NCBI GenBank assembly: GCA_965216465.1
Contig: CBDCFW010000006.1
Coordinates: 1,088,001-1,152,000, forward strand
DNA from: Bacteroidia bacterium
Lineage (GTDB): Bacteria > Bacteroidota > Bacteroidia > NS11-12g > UBA9320
Length of the DNA: 64,000 nucleotides
Direction: 5' to 3'
The notes below the pieces were generated by a model, which worked only from the letters and a program-made list of their open reading frames with translations, ran no database searches and had not been told where the DNA came from. The translations under genes and the position numbers were made by a program. Position 1 is the first letter of the stretch. Each line of letters begins with the position of its first letter. Below are positions 56,804 to 64,000 of this stretch, piece after piece.

Positions 56804-58211
56804 TAATAGCGTTCAATCTTGTTCTCAGCCTCATGAATCTGAAAATAATGAGTGCAATCATTCAGGATTAATTCTCAGCGTGAACGACTTGAGTTTTAAA
56901 ACCGACGAGACAACCAAGCACAAAACGGTTGCGATTGTTGCTGGAAATGATAAAACGCGTAAAGATGTTGAACTTGAACCGTTAGGACTTGTCGGTCCTT
57001 GTGCAACCCATACCGACAAGGTTTTTGATGCCAAAACTAGCAATGGCGATGAAAAATCTGACCAAAAGTTAAAAATCAAATTGGGTTCAGAAGACCCAAG
57101 AGAATTCAGCACAAAAGGAATAAAGGACTTCTTTTGGCCAAAAGGGGCAAGCCCCAAGCATTATGATGTAAAATGCAATACTTGCGGTCAGAATCACAGT
57201 TATGGTATTGACGTTTATCCAGATATAACGTGGGAGCTCGAAATCGGTGGAAAGATGGAAGTTGATGGTAATACGGGTAAGACTGATTTTGGATTTGACG
57301 CGGGTATAGAAGCCAAATATGATGGGGAGCAAGTGGTGAAGTTTGAAACGGGATCGAGCGAGAATGAAGAAGAATACTCCACCATCGACACCATTATTGA
57401 TCTCATGTATGGAACGAAGAAAGTGGTTGCTGAATTTAGTGAGTTTTGTTCAAAGGGAGAAGGTGAATTCAAATTGGAACACGGTGTTAAACTGAAAGCT
57501 AACTACGGTTGGGAAGAGGTTCCTGGAACTCCTACTGTTGATCATGCCGTAGACCTGACTCTGTCGCTAGACCCTATGTTGAAAATTGAGTTGAGCAAAG
57601 ACTTTGCAGGGCCTTTATTACACGCAATTCCGGGTGTTGGGAGTGCATTAGCAGGTATTGTTTGGCTCATGGAAAAAGCAAAAACGGGTAAGCTAGATTT
57701 GGTTGCAGGTTGTAGTGGTGAGTATAAAGCAGATTTTCATTTGATGCATATTGCAGGTGACGCAACGGACAAAAGAAACCAAGTTGATATTGCAGGAGGC
57801 ATTGAATTTTATATGAAGTTTAATGCCGAGGTGCACGTGACGGTAGGAGTAGGTTTTGGATATGAATCACGAACATCTGGGAAGTTTGAGGCAGGAGGGA
57901 AAGCAAAATTTGGATTGGAAGCAGGAGGAGAAAATAGAAAGCTTGTTAACGGTGAAGATTCAGTTAGCGCCTACATGAAATTTGGATTTTTAGGTCTTTA
58001 TCTGTACTACATTGCTGCAGTAAATCAGGGTATTGCCAAAAGCGGATCTAAGAGCCACTTAAGTACGGAATTTAAAGATGAAGGCAAAGCCGGAGAGGAT
58101 GATGCTCCTGATGACGGAGGTGAAAAACCTGAGGCTGACAAGCAAACGGTTACCTATAAAATAATTGATGCTTTCTCGATTGTAGAAAAATCATTAAAAC
58201 TAGTGAAATAG
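56784..58211 (+). CDS. Putative T6SS effector of unknown function
   Basis: 475 aa, no signal peptide, Cys/His-rich N-terminus, Gly-rich beta strands, hydrophobic segment LLHAIPGVGSALAGIVWL; cassette position. Confidence 0.55.
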   Translation: MGQKKVDNSVQSCSQPHESENNECNHSGLILSVNDLSFKTDETTKHKTVAIVAGNDKTRKDVELEPLGLVGPCATHTDKVFDAKTSNGDEKSDQKLKIKLGSEDPREFSTKGIKDFFWPKGASPKHYDVKCNTCGQNHSYGIDVYPDITWELEIGGKMEVDGNTGKTDFGFDAGIEAKYDGEQVVKFETGSSENEEEYSTIDTIIDLMYGTKKVVAEFSEFCSKGEGEFKLEHGVKLKANYGWEEVPGTPTVDHAVDLTLSLDPMLKIELSKDFAGPLLHAIPGVGSALAGIVWLMEKAKTGKLDLVAGCSGEYKADFHLMHIAGDATDKRNQVDIAGGIEFYMKFNAEVHVTVGVGFGYESRTSGKFEAGGKAKFGLEAGGENRKLVNGEDSVSAYMKFGFLGLYLYYIAAVNQGIAKSGSKSHLSTEFKDEGKAGEDDAPDDGGEKPEADKQTVTYKIIDAFSIVEKSLKLVK

Positions 58212-58215
58212 AAAG

Positions 58216-58983
58216 TTGAAGAGACCAGTTTACATACTTAATTACTCTGTTGAGGTAGGTTCATTTGAGCTTTCAATAAACGACATACCTGTTGTAGTTG
58301 ATGGGGATATTGGAAATGTGTTTTCAAGAATTGCACTGAACCCATGGGTTCGTAAAGGAGAAAACTACGTTACTTTAAAAATTGAGAATACCTCAGATAA
58401 CAAGCTTAAAGAGAGTAAGGCCTCTATGGAATTGGGCCTGGTCGAAAGCCACGACCGTCTTGAAGAAGGCAAACAGGTTGTCGAATCTAAAGAAACGGAT
58501 AGCTCAATCGCGTCTATGACATCTACCACGATCAGGATCGTTTTTGTCTCTGATATTGAGCACCTAAATCCAATCTATGAAACTAATGGCGAGCGTCTAA
58601 AACCGAGTCCTAAACTTTTTAAACAGCTGCTTGAGAAGTACCAAGAGATTCATGGTATAATGAAGAACAAAGACCTTAATTCATTTTTGACACTTAATCG
58701 TGTAAAAGATATGGAGTGGTCTTCTTCTGTTTATCTGTCGTATGAAGATCGCGTAAAAGAGATTCGCATGATGTTTGATGAGATATTTAAACTCGACTTA
58801 CTGAAAATAGAGCAAAGTATGATTGAGCTAAAGGTGTTTAACGAAGGAAAGCTGTTTGCAATTCAGTACCCAAAAGGCTTTGATTTGATTTGTTTTGCGA
58901 ACAAAGATTTAACTCATTTTGAGTATATTCCTATAGTGTTTTACTTCGATAAAACAGAAAAAGATTTTATTTTAGTGAGGTAG
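58216..58983 (+). CDS. Putative cytoplasmic immunity protein
   Basis: 255 aa, no signal peptide, starts 4 nt after the putative effector; FELSINDIPV...LNPWV.KGEN beta-sandwich-like start. Confidence 0.5.
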   Translation: MKRPVYILNYSVEVGSFELSINDIPVVVDGDIGNVFSRIALNPWVRKGENYVTLKIENTSDNKLKESKASMELGLVESHDRLEEGKQVVESKETDSSIASMTSTTIRIVFVSDIEHLNPIYETNGERLKPSPKLFKQLLEKYQEIHGIMKNKDLNSFLTLNRVKDMEWSSSVYLSYEDRVKEIRMMFDEIFKLDLLKIEQSMIELKVFNEGKLFAIQYPKGFDLICFANKDLTHFEYIPIVFYFDKTEKDFILVR

Positions 58984-58985
58984 AT

Positions 58986-60236
58986 ATGGAGACCTATTAC
59001 ATAATAGATGCAGCAAAGTATCCGCTTGTTATAGCTGAGGGAGAGACCTTGCCCAAAGGTTTGATTCCTCTCTTATTAGGCACGCGATACAAATCTTCGT
59101 ATTTGCTCGGACCTTTTTTAGTCACCCAAAAAGAGTTTAAAGACCTCGATTCTTGGTTTTATACCGACGGCTTTTATGACATTATGAAGATTGATACAGA
59201 AATCAGAGATGCTGTGTCAATGGCAAATCTGATGCGATCAAAGCTAGAGGTTGATACAGAAGATGGACACACCTTGTTCTTTAGATATTACGACCCGAAG
59301 GTATTTCGTATGATGGCACCTATGCTTACCGAAGACCAGTTAAATGACTTCTATAAGCACATTGAAAGCATATCTATTTACGATTTGGATTATCAATCAC
59401 TATACGCCACCAAAGTCAAAAATAAGAAGCTTGAAGAAACGATAGAGCCTTTGCCCGAGAATGGGGGGAGTATGAAAAAAATCAAGTTTCCTCTACCAAC
59501 CTTAAGTCAGGTGAAGTGTTTAAATAAGCTTAAAGGAGCTAAAAGTGATTTAGAACTTCAGTATGGAGCGAAAATAAAACGATTAAATAAGTTAATTGAG
59601 TCTAATGCAAGTCCTGCACTTATTCACGCTGAAATAGAACGAATTACTGGTCAACAAATCAATGCACAAAGCTTATTCGACAAAAAGGGAGGCGCTGTTA
59701 AATCAAAAATGTCTAAGCTCCGTGCAAAGTCGTTTCAAATAGCAAGCATGCGAAATCAGCAACAGACCAAAATGGAGCAGCCAATTAAAGATCTTGCAGC
59801 TTTGAAGCGTAAACACAACCCCATTAGAGGCATTATGAATAAGAAGAATGCACTCGAACAAGATGCAACAACTAAGTTGAACAAAGCAAAACTGCAGGCA
59901 AGAAACAAGTCAGGCTTAACAAAAGCTCAGCAAGAATTAAGCAAAGCAAAATCTAATAAGGAGGTATTAGAGCATCGCCTTAAAACAGCAGATAATAAAG
60001 CCAAGAATAAAGTACTCTCAAAGGTGCAAAATAAAACAGCCGATCTGCGTACACTACAAGACCTCTCCAAGAACCCTAAGTCGGTAAACCAAGGAATAAC
60101 CAAAGTTAATAAACTTCATGCTATGGCTTCTAAGTACAAGGAAAAAGGAGAAAAAAAGAAAAAAGAAGAGCAGAAAAAGAAGAAAGAAGAACAGAAACCA
60201 ACCAAGATTAAAAAGAGTTGGGATTTAGATTTTTAG
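58986..60236 (+). CDS. DUF4123 (Tap-1/Tec-like) adaptor fused to a Lys-rich coiled-coil tail
   Basis: YYIIDAA, GPFLV, LFFRYYDPKVFR, L...QL..F DUF4123 motifs in the first ~135 aa; very basic helical C-terminal ~250 aa. Confidence 0.8.
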   Translation: METYYIIDAAKYPLVIAEGETLPKGLIPLLLGTRYKSSYLLGPFLVTQKEFKDLDSWFYTDGFYDIMKIDTEIRDAVSMANLMRSKLEVDTEDGHTLFFRYYDPKVFRMMAPMLTEDQLNDFYKHIESISIYDLDYQSLYATKVKNKKLEETIEPLPENGGSMKKIKFPLPTLSQVKCLNKLKGAKSDLELQYGAKIKRLNKLIESNASPALIHAEIERITGQQINAQSLFDKKGGAVKSKMSKLRAKSFQIASMRNQQQTKMEQPIKDLAALKRKHNPIRGIMNKKNALEQDATTKLNKAKLQARNKSGLTKAQQELSKAKSNKEVLEHRLKTADNKAKNKVLSKVQNKTADLRTLQDLSKNPKSVNQGITKVNKLHAMASKYKEKGEKKKKEEQKKKKEEQKPTKIKKSWDLDF

Positions 60237-60239
60237 TGA

Positions 60240-61082
60240 ATGGGTAAGGCATACACACGATGGAGGCGCTCACCAGGACTCTTTGATACTGTATTGGTGG
60301 GGATAGATGGAACTGGTTCTTCTGATGACTCTTCTTATGCTTCAGCGTATCAACACAGTTTTGTAAACGAAATATATGACCGATCAAGAGTAAAGAATAA
60401 ATACTATTTTAGAGGTCCATCCCTTCTTGGTTTTGAACGAAAAGCTCTTAAAACAATACTCGATGCAACATTAAGTGGTGGACAAAGTTTCGCCAATCCC
60501 CGTAGAAAGTTTAAAATCTTATTGATGGGATGGAGTAGAGGAGGAGCAGCCTGTATTCATATTGCAAAAGAACTACAACGCTACAACATTGATGTGAAAG
60601 CCATGCTGCTTTTTGATCCTGTAGATCGGGATTTGGCACTTAGTACAGGTAGAGTACCAAACAATGTTAAAGATGCCTTAACCATTGTAAGAAGGCCAGA
60701 AACAGGCTCATGGGAAAGTTTTGGCTATGCTATCGATAATATTGACTTCAACAATACGAGTAGATATCAGCATTCATCAAATCACAGCATTGTTACAATC
60801 TTTGGTACTCACGCTGCAATTGGGGGAGTGGTAGGCCCAAAAGAAGGATATGCCGCGGTCGAAACTAGAGGCCAAGGCAAATTGTATATGGGAGATGCTA
60901 GTATGGCCGATCCTTATGGGATATCACGTGATTATGTTCAAGCTAAAGCATATTTCGGGCAAGAGAATGACATGCATGTAAAAATGCTAACCTCACATGT
61001 TTCGTTTGACGACGACTTAAAAGCACGCAAACTTGTTAAGCACGAAATAAAAGGATTCTTAAGCAAACATGGTTACGTGTAG
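60240..61082 (+). CDS. Alpha/beta-hydrolase effector, Tle1/DUF2235-like lipase
   Basis: GIDGTG, GWSRGGA (GxSxG), LFDPV, GTHAAIGG catalytic Ser/Asp/His pattern; no signal peptide; follows DUF4123. Confidence 0.75.
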   Translation: MGKAYTRWRRSPGLFDTVLVGIDGTGSSDDSSYASAYQHSFVNEIYDRSRVKNKYYFRGPSLLGFERKALKTILDATLSGGQSFANPRRKFKILLMGWSRGGAACIHIAKELQRYNIDVKAMLLFDPVDRDLALSTGRVPNNVKDALTIVRRPETGSWESFGYAIDNIDFNNTSRYQHSSNHSIVTIFGTHAAIGGVVGPKEGYAAVETRGQGKLYMGDASMADPYGISRDYVQAKAYFGQENDMHVKMLTSHVSFDDDLKARKLVKHEIKGFLSKHGYV

Positions 61083-61167
61083 TTGATATTTAGCTGATGA
61101 ACAACTAACTTTACTAACTTTGTTTATTGTGGTCTGGTTTTTGAACGTTATAAACTAAGCCTTTGGT

Positions 61168-61812
61168 TTGAAAAAACGTACATACATAATATTGTTGTTT
61201 GCCTTTACACTGATATCGGCAAATCTAGATAACGGTAGAAAGTACTGGGACTTTAACAAAGATTTACCACCAGCTTTTGAGTTTTATGGTGATACTTGGG
61301 AAACCAATAAGGTTGGTCAAGGAATAGTATCCAAAGAAATGATGGAGTGGGGCTATGAACTTACACTCGAAACAGACACCTCAAAATACATTCATCCTAG
61401 CTTTGGAGATATTACCTCTAAGTATGGAATGAGATGGGGTAAGCTGCACAAAGGAATCGACATACATGTTGCACATGATGAACCCATTTATGCAGCATTT
61501 GACGGCGTAGTGCGGTTAAGAACCTATCAAAGCGAAGGTTATGGCAACGTATTGGTAATTCGCCATTTTAACGGTTTAGAAACGCTGTATGCCCATTTAA
61601 GTGAGTTGCCCGATTTAAAACAGAATGAAATTGTAAAAGGGGGCCAACTTATTGCACTTGGAGGCAATACTGGAACCAGTACGGGCACCCATTTACACTT
61701 CGAAACAAGATTTTTGGGGTACGCAATTGATCCGGCTAAATTTATCGATTTTGAAACCTACAAACTTCGTGAAAGTGTGGTTAAAGTGGATGAAACTTGG
61801 ATTGATTGGTAA
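61168..61812 (+). CDS. M23-family metallopeptidase
   Basis: Signal peptide, HKGID (HxxxD), YGN..VIRH.NGLETLYAHL, STGTHLHFE. Confidence 0.9.
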   Translation: MKKRTYIILLFAFTLISANLDNGRKYWDFNKDLPPAFEFYGDTWETNKVGQGIVSKEMMEWGYELTLETDTSKYIHPSFGDITSKYGMRWGKLHKGIDIHVAHDEPIYAAFDGVVRLRTYQSEGYGNVLVIRHFNGLETLYAHLSELPDLKQNEIVKGGQLIALGGNTGTSTGTHLHFETRFLGYAIDPAKFIDFETYKLRESVVKVDETWIDW

Positions 61813-61925
61813 GCAATTGATTTGCTGATATTTTAGAGTGAGGTTTAGCAGACAATTCATCTTCAAGTAGAAGCACTTCTCCCCAATTTTATTTACCTTA
61901 GTTGCTCTTTTAGTATAAATGTACA

Positions 61926-64000
61926 ATGAGATTCCTGTACGCAACCCTTATATTTTTTTCAATGCTTGCCCAAGCACAAAACATTGACGATGCTCAAATT
62001 GTATTGAACACAGGTGGACATTTAGCCTCTGTAAAAAGTATTGACTTTAGTGCGGACGGAAAGTTATTATTCTCTATTTCTGATGATAAAACAGTTCGTG
62101 TTTGGAACATAGAACGAGAAGAATGTATTAAAACCTATCGCGGTTATGCCGAACGAGGAAGAGTAGGCATGCTCAATTCAGGATTAATTACACCCGATCG
62201 TGAAATTTTGGCTGTTGGAGGCTTCTTAGGGCACGGCGATGAAGATCAAGGAGAAATACGATTGATGAATTCTCATACTGGAGAAATTGTGTTCGTTTTA
62301 CGCGGACATCCATCACCCGTCATTTCACTTGGTTGTACTCCTGAAGAAGATTATTTAGCCAGTGGAAGCACAGATGGAAGCATTGGAATCTGGAGTCTAA
62401 ATAGTGGTAAAGGCATTAAACTAAGTGGTCATAATGACGAAGTTTATGCAACCGAATTTTCACCTGATGGTCAAAACTTGCTAACTGCCAGCTACGATAG
62501 TACTGCAATTATTTGGAATTTTAGAGAGATGCTCGAAACAGGAGAGCCTGAAGTGACAGTTCTTGACAAACAAGAAGATAAGATTCGCTGTGCAGCATAT
62601 TCACCAGACGGAAAATACATTGTTACAGCCGGTGAAGATGAAAAATTATTGCTATACGATGCAGAAGGGAATTTTATAAAGACCCTTATCCATCTCGACG
62701 ATAATGGAATCCAGAGTCTGGCAGATATTCACAGCATTTCTTTTTCTGATGACAGTAAAGTTATGGTTATTGGCACAAGACTACTAAGCGGTGCTAATGC
62801 TATTTCCTATTCTTTTCCTGAAGGAAATGTACTTCACGAATTTAAAGGAAATGACAATACGGTTATAGCCACAGCTATGTATGGCAATCGCTTGGTCGCC
62901 ACAGCCGGTGGATCAAAGCGAGATATTTATGTGTGGGATGCCTACACGGGTGAAATAAAAGCACATTTGGTAGGAGATGGTCAACGTGTCTTTAAGGTAG
63001 CCACAACCCCAAACAACCAATTGGCTTTAGGCTTTAAGCAGCAAGATACACCCCGAGTGAATAACTTTGGACGGCTTTCTACAAGCTTCGATTTGAATAG
63101 TTTGCAATTAACTTCAAGTGATAACGGTTTTGAAGCTTTTGAATCAGGAAGTATGACGTGGTCGGGCAAGCAGATTTATCATACTGGTCTATACACCCTT
63201 ACGGTGCTTCACGAAGACTATACTGAATCAATAATTGAAGTTGATCCAGGAACAGAAGGAGCCATAACCTGTTTTAGTTTTACCCCAAATGGTAATGTTG
63301 CGATTGGGTCTAATTTTGACTTGACGCTCTACTCAACTACTGGTGAATATTTGAAATCATTCAGAGGTCATGTTGCAGATGTTTACTCTCTAGCCTTCGA
63401 TGCAGAGCGAAACTTCATGTTTTCGGCAAGTGCCGACAATACAACCAAGATTTGGGATTTGAGCTTAGAAGGAAAGCGTGAAATTAAAATTGGCGAGTTT
63501 GAAATGACGATACGCGATCGTTATGGTGACGAGGCAGTGGATGGAATGATAGTCAAAGAAGGGGATAATTGGCTAACAAACTTCTACCACAACAGCTATC
63601 CTAAACGAGTGCTTCCAAAAGCAACTTTGTTTGTCAGTGCAAATCAAGATTGAGCACTGTGGACTAACGAACGTTATTATGCATCCTCAAGAAGAGGAAG
63701 CGCCATGGTTGGATTTCATCAGAATTTACACCCAGATACCTTAGCAGATTTTTACACTTTTGAGCAGTATGATGTACTTTGGAATAGGCCTGACAAGGTA
63801 TTGGAGATACTAGGTTATGGCAATAAAGAGCTCATTGACTTATACCATCTTGCTTATGTGAAACGATTAAAAAAGCTTGGTTTTACTGAAGAAGAGTTAA
63901 GAGATGTTGAAGGAGCCCCAAAAATTGAGGTCAACACTCCAAACCAGGTTGTTGATGAGTCACGATTTGGGTTCTATAATGTATTGACCGATTTTGAGCA
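61926..64000 (+). pseudogene. WD40-repeat (probably caspase-family) protein interrupted by an in-frame TGA at 63651-63653; frame stays open to the window end
   Basis: Signal peptide and many GH...WD/WN repeats; after the TGA the same frame reads ALWTNERYYASS...FEQYDVLWNRPDKVLEILGY...AYVKRLKKLGF with no stop to 64000. Confidence 0.65.

Noticed and set aside
60140-60210. A-rich low-complexity tract as a phase-variation or slippage site
   Set aside because: It encodes KKKKEEQ twice in frame; the A runs are interrupted by G and no frameshifted continuation is evident
2503-63169. Numerous 60-126-aa ORFs antisense to or nested in long genes (e.g. 2503-2760, 5702-6040, 31713-32063, 42275-42655, 50319-50693)
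   Set aside because: Shadow ORFs of well-supported genes, with no motifs, signal peptides or promoter support
63651-63653. Genome-wide TGA recoding (Trp/Gly) or selenocysteine
   Set aside because: Many well-defined genes in the window end in TGA with the next gene overlapping; the position corresponds to a probable Trp, not a catalytic Cys

Overview
AT-rich bacterial chromosome segment from a Bacteroidota, probably a free-living Flavobacteriales/Cytophagales-like organism. The assignment rests on TAnnTTTG -7 promoter elements before many genes, T9SS C-terminal sorting domains and a Bacteroidota-type T6SS. Bases 1-24.6 kb hold mixed housekeeping and accessory genes: an orphan adenine methyltransferase, MscS, a radical SAM protein, DgkA, an ADP-forming acyl-CoA ligase, an MbnP/MbnH-like pair, an S74-chaperone fibre protein facing an orphan LuxR-type regulator, and a T9SS M4 protease with an emfourin-like lipoprotein. 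Bases ~26-61 kb form one co-oriented type VI secretion (subtype iii) locus: tssG-N-K-O, a ~17.5 kb expanded envelope block, tssH-B-C-D-vgrG-E-F, and a PAAR/DUF4123/lipase effector cassette. The expanded block is the most unusual part. It contains a 1329-aa T9SS cargo protein, two predicted outer-membrane beta-barrels, duplicated tssP-like and tssR-like genes, and a fused MacB-type ABC transporter. Other points of note: an in-frame TGA interrupting the terminal WD40 gene, a rod-shaped putative ncRNA at 2216-2357, an uncalled 44-aa ORF and several palindromic operators. All family assignments are by eye from motifs and gene context; no searches were run.
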